Below, piece by piece: positions 1-14,193 of a stretch of 64,000 nt of DNA (position 1 is the stretch's first letter; the number at the start of each line of letters is the position of its first letter). A program made the translations under genes and the position numbers. Source of the stretch: Lingula anatina. Its lineage: Eukaryota > Animalia > Brachiopoda. The stretch lies in the NCBI GenBank assembly GCA_051362555.1, contig CM120641.1:19344001-19408000 (forward strand). The letters are read 5' to 3'. Below the pieces are notes generated by a model that saw only the letters and a program-made list of their open reading frames with translations, had not been told where the DNA came from and ran no database searches.

Positions 1-3000
1 ATCCCTCGTAAAAAGCAGACTTTTTTGCAGGCAGAGCTTGTTGTGGCTAAAGGTCTGATTGCTGTTACTTTTATCACATTATTTATCATCATTTTTGTGC
101 TAGTCCATAGTGTGTATTTCACAAGTAGCATTCGCTGAAAAGAATAAACTTTTTTATATTGTAATCAAAGCGCTGCTTACCATATGAATTTTAAAATAGA
201 AATCTGTTGTATTCAAATCTCATATTTATCATTGATTTAAATCTGTGCAGTGTCATTGCAAGTTCCTCATATCATCAGAGTAAACCGACCTCCCGTTCTG
301 ACTACTGCTTGCGTTTCACGCTTCACCACCCTTCGAGAGCATTTTCAGATCACAATAACCCTCAAACATTACTTAAGTGGCTGCAGATCGAGCGTACTTC
401 AAATTTCTTACAGCTTTCAATAATCCTTTGAATTTTCGCTTCAGAGTTCTCGGAGCTTGGTTCCGGTGCAGGAACAAAATTACAGTTGCCTCTTTTAGTG
501 GCGCGGCTTTAATTAAGGCTGTTGATTGATGGATAGTTCTAGTTGGGTAATTATGCCCTTTGTGTCGGGATTAACTCGAGATTTTCAGAAAGTAAAATGC
601 AATGAACATTTCCGAAACGGCACATTTGATTCAAGAGCTTTTCATTCCCCGGCACTTACACTTAAATGGAGGTATCATTCTGGGATGATTCTTGTGAGCA
701 CAGTGTAGACCAATCCCCTGGGGTCGAAGTTTCGACAGGGAGATGTGCTTCGGTCCTTAACCCACTCTTGACTTCGGGCACCACTTACGTATCGATAATT
801 GGAAGATAAACGCGCGAAGATTAAAAACCGAGGTCTCCGGCTTTTCTATAATTGATCATATTGAAGGAATCAGATATTACTGGTATCGAATATCAGAAGG
901 AGTACAAATTGCGATTCTTTCATCTAAGCGATATTGCGTCCATTTCCACGGGAAATGTAAAATGAAGACTTCACGAAAAGATTTACACGTGAGTTTATGC
1001 ATCAAATGCCAATTGTTCTTTGGCGTGTGCAGTCGGAGTAAAATGCACAACGATTACTTGTTTATTATTTTATTTTGTGCAAACGTTTTTTTTTTTACTT
1101 TATTTTATTTTATTTGTTACAGCTGTCCATTATTTATATCAATTAATATTATTTCATGTATTATATATTAATGAATGGCGATCTACCTGGTTGTAATTAA
1201 TCAGCAGTCTCGTCGAAAAATAGCGATGGAAAACCTGCTATGATTGTTTACTTAAATTTGATTGTTTTTGGAAGACTGATAACAGCAGATTTGGAGTACA
1301 TGTACCTTGTCAGCGTTTCAACTGATAGAAGAGGGCGTGTTTGGCGACTGGTGCTCTAAATGTCATGATTTTTCAAGTTTTACCGGCAACTGCTTTACAA
1401 CGCAAATACATTTTAATTACAACCAGTATTTAAGAGGCAATAGTAAACCTGACTTCGATAAAAACCCGGGGTAAAAACGCAAACACAGAATCAATATTGG
1501 CTACAAAGTGAAGGAAAACACACAAAAAAGAAACCGTCTAGGTATTAGAATTCAGGTGAGTGAGTGGTCTAGAGTTGGGATCGACTTTTCCACAATGCAA
1601 TTAGACTTCACGCAGAAAACAGCATAACCCGCAATATCCTTTGTTTTGACAAAAGATTGATATGAGGGCCGCTGATACTGTGAACAATCATAAGCAGAAG
1701 TGCTATCGTTTTGAAAATCGATGAAAGTGCTAGATCTCGGAGTTGGAACAACAAAGAGGTATTGACGAAGAGGTTTATCAATAACCGAGACTTGAGCACG
1801 GTTAGGATACCTAACATTTGCTTCTTAAATTGGATCTAGCCTAATTCGTATCTTGCATAATAGATTTCGACACCTTGAAGTGGCACATATGGCACTTTTT
1901 TAACATGCCCCTTCTCAAGCTGGCGATTCAAAATTGTTGGGTGGAAGATACCCCTGTTCTAACACAGCGCTATGTTGTAGCAAAAGTAGAAAGGTACAAC
2001 AATAAATTCCCAAATAAATTTTTTGAACGTTTAAAAAACAGAAGAGATACAAGAAAAGACAAAAAAATGTGAAGAAGAATATCAGAAGCTCCTATAACAT
2101 AATAAAAGCTAGCGATTTCATTGACACTGCTGCTTTATCGCCGTCAAGTTAAAATGGAATAAACGTCTCCGGCGCTTGACTTAAGTAATCATTTTTAATC
2201 ATAAGTCGCCGCCACTCGCACTGTTCAATCATACAACTCAGGAAATTTCTCTTTATTTTTTTCCATCCATTACCACAAGTAAACCGCGCAGAATTCTGCT
2301 TTACAAAAATAATGAGGTTTCACTGAGTGACGATTCAGTGGAAAATTCATTTAGACTCGCAGCAAAGTCTGCGTGATCTCTTGGAAATGGCGTTGTTTTT
2401 TTATATGTTACGTTATTGCACCTTAACCATTAAAAGGTAACTATTTTTTATGTTGAAGAAATGAAGGTAAACGGGAGGCATTTAATACTTATTTTGCAGT
2501 TCGATTCAAGACATTGGTTTGCTGTTTTTTATTGACCCTAGTTTCCACAGTCAATGTGTCTTATCGAACGTCGGTCTGGGACGGAAGTTACTCATAAATT
2601 TGTTTGAGATGAATCTGAAAATGACGTGAGTAAGCCAAGGCGAAGATCTTTTCATTTCAAATACCTTATGACGTTGTCGTTTTTTTTTTCTTTTCAAGCC
2701 CTTGTAAATGATTATCAAACTTCGCTTAATTATACGTTAAAAATGAGTTTCTTTCATGTGTCAAAGTGACAAACTGACAACACGTGCTTAACGAAAATTA
2801 TGTCTAAAAGGACCAATAGATTAGATATTGGATCTCCACTTAGACTGAAATATAGCAATGTGTTTAATGTGTTTAATTGGCGCTGGTTATTCCGCGAAAG
2901 AATCAATATGTATTTTATTAATGAAAACAGATAATTGTTTTTGATTAAGCGTGTGAATATATCGCACTCTGAAGCACCCTTAAAAGTAGAGAAACAAATG

Positions 3001-6000
3001 GTTCTATTATCATTCCAATATAGTATAAATGCTCCTAGCAGAGTCGCGATACGATTCAATATACACGCTTCCGATTTAGTCGTTAATTTTCAACTTTGGG
3101 CTTGGAGGGTTTCTTAACTTTATTGAGTGTTCACTGTGCTTACTTTGAGTAAATGACTTTTCTGCAAATGGTGATTTAAGTGGAAAGAAAGAGAAACTGG
3201 CGAAATGATTAAACCCGCTCGAATGACTTTATTGAGAAATCAAACAAATGGTTGATTATGACTTTTTACCTTCCGGACGCACCTGTCAGAGAAAGGTCGA
3301 TGAAAATATATGATGTGGAAATTATGAATTTTCCAAGCAACTTATTGAAACGGTAGCCGCTTCAGATTCTCGTATAAATCGCTGTGAATTTAAAGGGTTA
3401 CACTAAAAACAATGCATTGTTGGTAGCTCCTTGCATCTACCTCTATACTACGCATTTTAGCGAACATTTCCATGCGTTCTCACGTGTTAGTCTGCCGTAG
3501 ATAAAATGTAATTCATCTGCGTCTTATGACAACTTTATTGGTGACATCTCAGACAAAGCAAGGAGCACAGAACAACAGCGCATCGTTTTTCTATTATTGC
3601 ATAATAGAGAGAATTTCATCAGAAAAAAATTAGTCTTTTAATACAATTTCTACTCTGTACGCATCGTGTATGATTTGTTAATACATAGCGGACATTTTTT
3701 CTATATTGAAGAAAACATTTAAAAGTATAAATTGGCGTTTATTGCTAACAGAGGATATATCAACTGTATAAGGAGATTTCACAACATTTCATGAGAGGTT
3801 GGAATCAACAAAATTGATGGAAACAGTTGCACTCTCACAGGAAGTGAAATGCATCTGAATACTGAATCTGAATTTAATGGCATTGAAAAAGACAAATTGT
3901 TATTTCAGTTTTATGATCCCTTCAGTGTTAGTGTTGTGACCCTGCGTCCCCTGACACAATGCCTGCTGTCACTGTATGCCACATTGCGGTTGACAGCTCT
4001 CTGGCGACACGCTCCACGGAGGCTTGACAATATGAGGATGAAGATGACGTTCAAGACGTGAAATAAAAACTAATGAATATGTTGACATGGCCGCTGAAAG
4101 TTTTCAATGATTTATATCGCCGTATATTGTCTTTGGCTGCTTCACACCTGCATAGGGCAACTTTGTCCAGAAATCACAACCCATGATTGACAGCTGGCTT
4201 TAAACTGAGAAATTAATGGCAGCATTAAGCGCTTTGGTAACTCTGGAGTAGCTCTCAAGTATTTCGTCCTCCTTTTCACGTGCTGCTTTAAATATGTTAA
4301 TGACCAAACATAAACACAGACTTGACACCATCGTTGACACTGTCAAAAATGATTTAGTGACCACCTGCAAGCGAGGGATAATAAAAACCCGAGAAAAGAT
4401 GGAGGAATAGATTTTTAATTATTCTATTTGCATAGAAGTGGCACAGATGAAATATTAAAAAAGCGTTACGGATGTTCAATAGACATGCACACATGAATCT
4501 AAATGAAACGGAAATATGAAAAAAATTGTGCGATTTTTTTTCTGCTCTGAGAGGAAGAATCATACTAACTGAGAGATTATATGTGATTTTTTTTGTGGTA
4601 CATGTCAATTACTGGCCGCGTGAAGTGTCTATTCTTTTCTCACAATGGTTTCTCCGATTGACGTGGGCGAAATTGTCAAAGTCCAACGTATTTAAGTGTT
4701 ATTCTTTTATTTTAATGAGCTCGGAAATACATATTGATGACTTAGCTTATGTTTTAATAAAGATTAGATGAGAAAGTATATAATGCATTGAATCTATGGT
4801 GAGACGAACTGAAACAATTATATCTTGCTTTCCTGGAGTGATAACCAAATAAAAACAAAATGACGATCAATCCAGTCAAAACATCGGCGCGAGAATTGGC
4901 GCCGTTTTTCGGTCTCCAATTATAGAAATAGACAAAAGGTTTTTAAGGCAAGAGAATTTCTGTCAAGCGGACATGCTAATGGCGTACAATTGAAATTCAG
5001 GGAAATTTCTATTGAAGAAACACGGTGTCAAAATCTCTCTGAATTGTGGTTATCGATTGAAATCATTAACCGACTAATGTATAAATTACCCCCAAACGTC
5101 ATACATCCTTTCTTTGAATTTATAGCTTGAAGGGACTGTTTTGACAATGTTCGTCCTATGTAATCATATAGTTTTCTATGGATGTTTCCTGGACATTTTT
5201 CCAGCTTCTCTCTGTTTCCGTTTTCCATGACTGCCACACCTTATTGCAGCGATCAACAATCGTTTAATTGTATAGGCTTATGCGGCCACTTGGGCCGGTC
5301 AAAAGGGTGTAAAATCTTGAGAACCCAGAAGGCGCACGGCTTCCGAAACATAAGAAGGTAATCAATGTGACTGAATAAGATACATTCGTGTAAACGTTCC
5401 TGAACCGCTGGGGAACATTTTGTCGACATCTTCCCAAGGCGCTCTACCAAACATAAACGAAAGGAAATCTCTGCTTCTCTTTGTTGGCTTGATGTGAAAA
5501 TTATGCCAACCAGAAGTTTGGTTTATGCTTTTAAAGGTTGTCATTTGGGCGTCAAGACAATGCACATTGATCTGAAAATAAATCTGAAAGTATGAGCAGT
5601 CGAGATGCTGTGTTCAACCGTGGCATGTAAATTTCCTTTGGCATTGAGCTACGGTGGGGTCAGGTTCAGATGGGGTGTGAGTGGAGTGGGGTTACAACAG
5701 TTTCTTAAAATTACATCTAAATTTTCATTCCGTCTTTTTAAAAAATTCAGTCAGTTGCATTTTTTTTTTCAATGTGGGAGACCAATTTTACCATTTACTG
5801 CACAAATATATAAATAGATGAATTAATAAACAAATAAATAAAACTTGAAAAGAGGGACAGACTGAGAGATTTCTTCCTAAAGATGTCTTTTTCAAAAAGA
5901 GGCTGACTACCGAGGTTAATACGAGCCTTCTGTCCACTTATAAATAAAACAGATTTTGTTATACTTTCTTAGGTAACGTTTTATTATCTAAGAATTAAGA

Positions 6001-8537
6001 AATGATAATTAATCATATTTGTTTAGAATGTACAAATTCTTACTAATAGGTCCAGGGGATAAACGGTGAAAATACCAAACCTTTTTGTTGGCTCGTTCAA
6101 ATAAACTAGTTCCATTCCAAATCTTTAAATACGAAAATCTCTAAAAGTCGTATTGTCATTTGTAGCAAGATCCTTTTCAATTTGACATGTGATAGTTTGA
6201 TAATACCTTTTGACTTGATGCAATTCAATATAAAGGGGATAAATAAATAAATTATATAATTTCAGGAATATGGGAAGTTGCGGCTTTGAAAAAAAAGCAG
6301 CTTAGTGTATTGATTTATGCGCGTTGTTATTAACCACCGTCACATTAATCATGACACATTTGAGACAACAACCCTTTTAAAGAGAATAAAGTATTTCTTT
6401 TGGGGTCAAAAACAACGATAAACTCTAGCTACTCTTATATCGAAAGCTTTGGTATTTATTTTAGCGACTGAAGCGGAGAGCTAGTTTAAATACTACTTAT
6501 GGCACTTGAATTCAAGAAGGTAGAACTTGGAGATTTTTGAGAGACCTCCTCCAAACTGTAGGGTCTGAAGACCTCTTTGAGTTGTCCTCTCCACTTTGAA
6601 ACTTGTCTTTGCTCTGTTGATACGATGATTATCAATAAAGATATGTTCAAAGAGACTGGGGTCACCTGTTACTCATCCTTTGACACTGTGATGAAACAAA
6701 GTTGGAAGACATTGGTTATATAATTGCTTTGACTATGACTAAAACTTTCAAGCCAAAACCCTACAAAACATGAAGAGGGAATGCGTTGCTTGCGGCACAC
6801 CCTTTGGGTCAAATTGTTTTACAAACTCTAGGTACTGACAAATTATTGACACTGAATTATGATTTTGGAATTGTTTCCTTTATGTTTTGATACCTTGTAA
6901 CCCCTTAGATGTACGTAATTTGATCAGCAGGTGGCTTATCAATAATTCATATTGGGTAGTTGTGTTATCTGTATGAGTGACATGTGTCTTAGATCAACGT
7001 GCCATTTTGTTTTAAAAAATTCTACCTGACATCTGTTGAGATAGAAATAGCATTCAAATTAAGCCACCAACTTTTCTTTACTGTAAAACCGTTTTATATT
7101 TGCAGGAATGACTAGATTGAGAAATGGAAGGTGGTGGTGGGAAAGGGGGGAGTTATCTCCTGCTACGCCTGGTTTAAAATTTTCAAGTAGCTTCAAGATT
7201 TGAAGAGTATAATTATAATATAAAAAATACATCACTGGTCAATCTTGGTATCCAACTTCGTAAATTGTTTTTTTAAACTATTTTTAACTATTTTTAGCTT
7301 TTTAACTGTTTGTTCCACCACTGTCCATAATTGGACCAGACAATATTGAAGGTACTGTCGATATATATCTGTCGAGATTGAAATGGGAGATTTCAATTGA
7401 CCCATTGACTATAAATTACAATTCTGTTTTGGCTCACAACACTGATCGCACACGAAAAAAAAAATGCTTAATTACAACTGTCTATAGCATAGAGCCTACA
7501 ATAGATTCTATCGTAAAAGTAATCTGGCGATACTGTCGTTACGAGGGATGGGGTGTTTGCAATCCACTCGGCTAAGCTGAGTGTGTCCAATGTGGTGCTT
7601 TATCTCGGTTGCGTGTGCACAGCGATGATAAAGCACTTCTGGGGGTTCAAATAATCACAAAAACATACACATCAACTGCACTGTAAACGGGCAATCGTGC
7701 TGCTTATCTGGCGAGGGACAAGTCGACTGGAGATGCACGTGTGTTAGTTCAGCGGTGTATTAACAGCGTCTCTGTCATCGTAATGTCATCTTAGTTGACA
7801 GTCTGCCCTCCCGACTTCATTTATGACCTGTGAGTCTCGCATTTCATGGCCAAATTTAACTCTCAATCAATAAGTTATGTATTCAGTTTCACGCACTGAT
7901 TACGTGAACTTACTAATGATAACATTTATAGCTTAGAATAGTAAGACAAGAATAAATATATTAATAACAACTGAAAAAAATAAGATTTGTGATTTAGGCT
8001 AGTTGAAAGACCTACAAAGCGTTCCCCTTTTAATTATATGGGTCGAATTAATTTCATAAAAGTTACAATAAGATCATCTACATGAGGAAAACAAGGTTAG
8101 TTGTCCGTAAATCTGGGGGCAGTTCACTCGAAGGCCTCTTAGGCCTACTCTCTTTGAAGGACAAACATTGATACCACGAAATTTGCCTGGGTCACATAAA
8201 CTTCCCTCTGTTGTCCACTCAAGCTTAAACTGAAACAAAACACTGGACAAACCTGTCCACAGATCACTTGGACAAGGTGATGGTTTTCTTTGTGAACAGC
8301 CAATGGTTCGATTTGTTTTTGACGTATTTTACTCTTACTTCAGTAATGCCTACCACCACCACCATAGAGAAGATGGGCTGTACATCCCAATACAGCGTTG
8401 GCAATTAACTCACTAATTAATCCTTTTTCTGGTGAAGCGTTTTTGACCCAAGCCGAACAGGTTTGGGTCTACAGTGAACGTACTTGTCTGCCAAAAGATT
8501 GTTAACCAAAACATATCACTTCCATAACATGTATATA

Positions 8538-10198
8538 CAGACTTGACATTTAATATGGAATATTTTTTTCCAAGTAATTTTTTATCATTTTTTTCCTATT
8601 TTGCTGACTGATAAATGAAAATAAGGATTAAAATCGTGTTTTAATAACTTTAAATTATCGCTTTGATGTCATTGTGACATCAATTCATTAATGGAATTCG
8701 CCAGAGAAGCAAACAAAAACACATTGCCTATTCTATGTCATACGACTTCCATTAAAAGAGATATTTTGGATCTCCATATTTTCCAAATTTTCTTCTGTAA
8801 AAGAGTTATACGCTCCATAAAAAACCCTCATGTCAGTTGCTAGTCACAGTAATGGTCGCTGTTACGCCTGGCCTCTTCTGGCTGTTGCCAGCGCTCTCAA
8901 GCGGCAAGGCATTCCTTGGGGTAGGTTTTCAGAATTCAGTCGGGAATAATATTCTATGCATCGGTCTAAAATTGTCCAATTTGGACCAGTTTTGTTGTAG
9001 GACATGTAGGCAGTTGATTCGGCGAGTAATGGCCTACCAAAATATTGTCTATGTGGTTCAAATGTGGCGATTTTGATGACCAGGGTAGCTGCTCATTCCC
9101 TTGGTTCTGTAAGTTATCTGCTATTAAAAGTGCTCTGTGTGAGCTGGCAACCTCACCTTGCAACCTAAAATCGTTCCTAAGGTGCCCCCTATCAAATGAT
9201 AGTCAAGTGGTTCCGAGATTATTCCTTAATTCGATCTGGTTCAGGTTTTCGTCGATGAGTACTATTGGTGTTTTGGCACCAATGTGGTATCCACTCCAAA
9301 AACTGACGCTGTCAATCACCCTTGTCACTTTAGATCCGGTATATGCTTCGTCGTAGGCCTCTTCTGGATATCTGTAAACTCTGCTTTGACTAATTGGGCG
9401 GTACAGGTGAAATCTGACCTCAATAAAGAAAGCCATGCAGTACCAGTGTTCTACCCAGAAACGGCCATGGCCCCAAATTCATTAGATAAACAGACGACGA
9501 TGTTTTGCTGTTTACAGTGGGTGCCTCGGAGGTCGTTTGGTGTTCTTACCTGCTAAAACCAGTTTGGTGTTCGCTAAGGGCTTTTAAAAACGCATTTTGG
9601 TGGCAATTTACCCCTCGCTCTGAACGGACTAAGTGTTTTTTGTTTAGTTGCAGCAGCGTATCCCGAAAGACAGTGGGTCCTGTACCCTGTATGTAAGATT
9701 TGGATACATTGGTGTTGACCTCTGTGTAGGTACATCAGTCTGGGCATTTCTCTATAAAACTGTGGGGACCGTTCCGTTTGGCGCTATGATCTGTCTGGTA
9801 ATGTCTGTCTTTTTCGCGCCATTCTGCCATAGATTAACAAATTTGTTATGCACTACTTGACTCATCTTAAGCACTGCAAAACTGACCGCTTGCATGCAAA
9901 ATTTCAAATTCTTCTATGCAGTAGTTGCCGACATATGGGTACTTTTTTGACAGAACCAAGCTTTGCCAAAGCCAAGCTTTGACCAGCCCAAAGGAACCCT
10001 ACCCAATTAAATCACTACATATTACATAATATAGCAGCGCAACAGACATGAAAGTCAGTTAATTGGTAGCGACACACCTGACTTCACACTTCTCCATTCA
10101 CAAAACTTATATGAGATCGGAGTTTTTTGAAAAAAGAACGCATTTTTACCTAGGCATACCTTCGAAACTGAAATATTCCATATTTAATGTCAAGTCTG
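8538..10198 (-). mobile_element. Full-length (1661 bp) Tc1-family DNA transposon, decayed
   Basis: 28-bp TIRs: CAGACTTGACATTTAATATGGAATATTT at 8538-8565 and its inverse at 10171-10198, with 1 mismatch. TA flanks both ends (8536-8537, 10199-10200). The interior is a decayed transposase. Confidence 0.9.
8862..9865 (-). pseudogene. Tc1-like DD34E transposase pseudogene with stops and frameshifts
   Basis: Minus-strand fragments match Tc1 consensus blocks. FFIEVRFHLYRPISQSRVYRYPEEAY resembles FSDESRFxL..RVWRRPGERY. SVSFWSGYHIGAKTPIVLIDENLN resembles SVMVWGGI..GKTPLV.IDGNLN. QGEVASSHRA...LPWSSKSPHLNHIDNI resembles QQDNARPH...LPWPAKSPDLNPIENL, with 34-aa spacing kept. The C-terminus is GMPCRLRALATARRGQA*. 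Confidence 0.88.
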
Positions 10199-10582
10199 TA
10201 TATATAAAGATCAGGGAAGAAGATGAAAAATCACAAATAAATCATCATGTGCGCCATGTAAAGGAACAGAATTTGGCATCTCTCCCCTGTTCATTACTGA
10301 CATATTTAATTAACCAAACTATTTCACGCTTACAAACAATAGGCTTAGTAAGATAAGGGAGACCGACAGCTTTGCCAGACCACTGACAATCTAGCGAAAT
10401 ATCTACGGCGAAGTTCAAATGCCAGATATCAGCGCCCCTAGCGGTTCGCTGGGACATTTCCCTGGATCCCTGGATATGTTGTTTTGGGGCGTGGTGAAAC
10501 GTAATAAAGTTGAGCAACTTGAAAATAATCATTTAACTTGAAAATAATCACTAAGAGGGGGGCCAAATATATATATTTGCAT

Positions 10583-11084
10583 AAATATCTGATGTCAGAC
10601 GTTCATCATGTATTTACCATCTTTTGTAGTGTGGTATTTCGGATTTAATTTAACGTCTTTTACGCGAAACGCATACATGATAAGCAACTACAAAACTGGC
10701 CTTATTTGGCAAAAAGCGCATATAGTCCGTAATCCGAAAATAGTCAGAGACACAACTACACTTCGGAAAGTCGAAATTATTACGAAATTCATGCACTTCA
10801 TACTTCATATACACGGCAAAATGTAGGTAAAAAATGGTCCACTATTGCTGTGAGTATCTTCTTCGCAATGAAAGTCAATTGAATAACTTGAAAAACAGTA
10901 ATGTTGCTGCGCCAAATCAATTGCTTTAGGATAAATATTTCCAGAATAAGGAATAACTTAGTTGTTCTAAAATACTGATTTCCTTAATTTAGCATAATTA
11001 TTAATGAAAGTTATTTTAACATGAGTGTCCAAACATCCACCTCTGTATTTGTAATCGATCGGGTACATACATTTTATTCAAATC

Positions 11085-11087
<3 letters not shown>
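10583..11087 (+). repeat. 505-bp direct duplication, copy 1
   Basis: Appears identical to 13689-14193 (offset 3106). The ORF track reports the same 72-aa ORF at 10608 and 13714. Confidence 0.93.

Positions 11088-11149
<62 letters not shown>
11088..11149. repeat. (TA)n microsatellite
   Basis: Pure TA run directly at the end of duplication copy 1. Confidence 0.95.
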
Positions 11150-11154
<5 letters not shown>

Positions 11155-12420
11155 GTCCACGATACTGTATAACAACGAGTTAGCATCTTTGAAAGTCTGT
11201 CAAAATGTTATTATGTATTGGATTAAATGGGGGTGCCTTCATGTGAAAGGGGGTGGATCTGTCTTATTATAAAAAACAATTTTGTGTTTCCAAACACTGC
11301 TGTGTATTCTAAACTTATTCATTCTTAATCGAAAATGACACTCAAACAGCGCTTAAATCTGGGACACAGACCTATCAGTATGTTTTGCATCTGTACATCA
11401 TGGAAAAGAAAGCTCTCAGAATAATATTGTCATTTTTTTGGTTACCTCAGGGATCATTTGAGGCATACACACTAGAGAAATACAAAAACTGTTCTTCGTC
11501 GAAAATTATTGAATTGTTTTTTAAATTTGGGTTATTGAAATATAGGAAATGTAAATTTTATACGTTATTGTAATTGCCAAAAATATGTAAAACATATGAT
11601 TGATAAAAGCAAGCTTGTCGGACTTCAACGAGCCCATATGTCTTGAGGCCGAATGTAACGCAACCGGGTTCTGTTCCTTGGTAAATCTACTGAAAAAAAT
11701 GATTATGTGACATAGTGCCCTTCACCATTCTTGTTTAGCTCTCAATGCATGTCTCTGCAATGCCATTTGGATTTCGTTCACAAAATGCAAAAAGGACAAT
11801 GAAAACATCAACTTCAAAAGATTCGATTTTGTAGTTTCTCCAAATCTAGTTGACATTGTCAACAGGGTACAACGCATTTGGAGTAATCTCCTCTGTCACA
11901 ATTGCAATGTTTGAACGCAACACAAAAGTTCCAACACTGGTATGAGCGTTTTAGTCTGAAGATTAACCCTGAATGGCACTCTTTTCTTAAGTCTCTAAAT
12001 TATACAAAAAAAGTGTTGGGGGAACAAATGAAAAAAATAACACTCTTGAAAAATTATAATTTGTGCAATACTATCATTTGCATAAAAATTGTTTTAATCG
12101 TTTTTATATATGACGCATCTAAAGCATTTTCATTAGTTGCGTTTAGATCTGGAGATCATGATAACTTATTTCACTATTCTCGAAGCTGTGACCTTGAAAT
12201 ACATCCTCAAACGAATGACCCTGATGCACTTTCTGATGCAATATCGTCAAATTACTATTCAAGATATTAGACGATGCCTTTTACCACAACTCAATGTTGG
12301 ATAGGAAATTACAATTATCCGTGAAGCCCACTGTTTCTCGATGAGTGATGTATATTTTCAAAGGTTAACCGCTGTCATCAGAATTTAGATAACCATTTTG
12401 GGATATACAGGATTTTTTTA

Positions 12421-12645
12421 AAAAACTCTTCAAACACATTAAAGATTTTGCTTTATCTTCACTGATATTTAAGACGTAGAATATTTCGGTAATAATCTTT
12501 CATTTGAATTATGATGACCGTTCTTATATAAGCGCAACACGCGTGGAGTATATTGAATTATTATTTTTCAAAACTCTCAACATTAAAGATTTTACTTTAT
12601 CTCCCCTCATAAATTAAAGACGTAGAATTATTCACTAATATTATT
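12421..12645 (+). repeat. Degenerate short tandem duplication (two ~75-bp copies, period ~150 bp)
   Basis: AAAACTC..AACATTAAAGATTTT.CTTTATCT...AAGACGTAGAAT occurs at ~12421 and ~12570. Confidence 0.6.
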
Positions 12646-13688
12646 ACATTTATTAATAATGGCTGAAGAATATTTTAAAAGGACCTTTAACCACTTTCAA
12701 GAGAGTAAGATATCACTTTTGCTTATGCATGAATTGTTATACCCACTAGTTCATATGGCCACCAGGCGAATAGTAAAACAATTGTCATTAAATGGTCATG
12801 ATTGTTTTAGTATGTGAAATGGCACCATTTTATTGTTATGGTTATGTCACTCTACTATCCCTTCGTAAAATATCAGGCCTGTTGCAAATTCGCAGCAAAT
12901 TTGCTGCAATATTGCTGCAAACTGCAATTCTTTCTTGCAAATTTGTGCAAAATACAAATGAGATTATTTCAAAACCATTATTTATTAATTAAGTTTAATG
13001 GTTACGATTTCATTAATAGCAAATTCAATTGAATGAAATTGAATAAAAACTAGAAATTAACAAGTGCGAGTAAAAATGCGTTACATGTAGGAGTGAACTA
13101 GTGCGAATATTGTTATTGTATTAGACAAGAGTGGAAAATGTCAAAATTATATGAGGTGCTGGTTGATTATTTGATTTCACAACCAAAAAGTAATTTTCCA
13201 AAGCCATGTTAAAAGCCACAAGCTGGGCTTTGTGACCTTTTCAAATACAGATTTTTTTTACATATTTAATTTTACCAGATGTGAATTAGTGCTTAAAGGG
13301 ATAACTTTATGAGGAAATATCAAATTTTTATTGGCAAGGTAGAACGGAAGGTTTTTAGATCACGTACAGAACGATGGGGAAAAAAAAGGGGTAATCACGT
13401 AATCAGTGCGGAGTGGTTAGAGTATAAATACCCTTGTATTTGCATGAAAAGAAGAGAGACAACGAATAATTGTTCGAAACTCCAACTCGGCGTTTTGTCT
13501 ATAAAAATCCTATGAAGTTGCCACAGTTTGGAAAACGCATGTTCATTGTTTTATCAATTATGCTCAATACATGCGTTACAATGTAAAGGGTCTGATTAGT
13601 ATGTCATAGGCAGAGATTACCCAAATTAAACTTCTAGTTTACCTCTATAGAACAGCCATCAAAAATTTCTTTAATCGGTGAAATCGCA

Positions 13689-14193
13689 AAATATCTGATG
13701 TCAGACGTTCATCATGTATTTACCATCTTTTGTAGTGTGGTATTTCGGATTTAATTTAACGTCTTTTACGCGAAACGCATACATGATAAGCAACTACAAA
13801 ACTGGCCTTATTTGGCAAAAAGCGCATATAGTCCGTAATCCGAAAATAGTCAGAGACACAACTACACTTCGGAAAGTCGAAATTATTACGAAATTCATGC
13901 ACTTCATACTTCATATACACGGCAAAATGTAGGTAAAAAATGGTCCACTATTGCTGTGAGTATCTTCTTCGCAATGAAAGTCAATTGAATAACTTGAAAA
14001 ACAGTAATGTTGCTGCGCCAAATCAATTGCTTTAGGATAAATATTTCCAGAATAAGGAATAACTTAGTTGTTCTAAAATACTGATTTCCTTAATTTAGCA
14101 TAATTATTAATGAAAGTTATTTTAACATGAGTGTCCAAACATCCACCTCTGTATTTGTAATCGATCGGGTACATACATTTTATTCAAATCGAA
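13689..14193 (+). repeat. 505-bp direct duplication, copy 2
   Basis: Matches 10583-11087 from AAATATCTGATGTCAG to TTATTCAAATCGAA. Confidence 0.93.

Noticed and set aside
10430-10444. CTCF-like site CAGCGCCCCTAGCGG
   Set aside because: One base short of the core spacing and probably inside repeat-derived DNA. Not supportable.
10583-14193. LTR retrotransposon, with the two 505-bp repeats as LTRs
   Set aside because: No TG...CA termini, TSD, PBS/PPT or gag-pol remnants. The identical 72-aa ORF in both copies has no coding signature.
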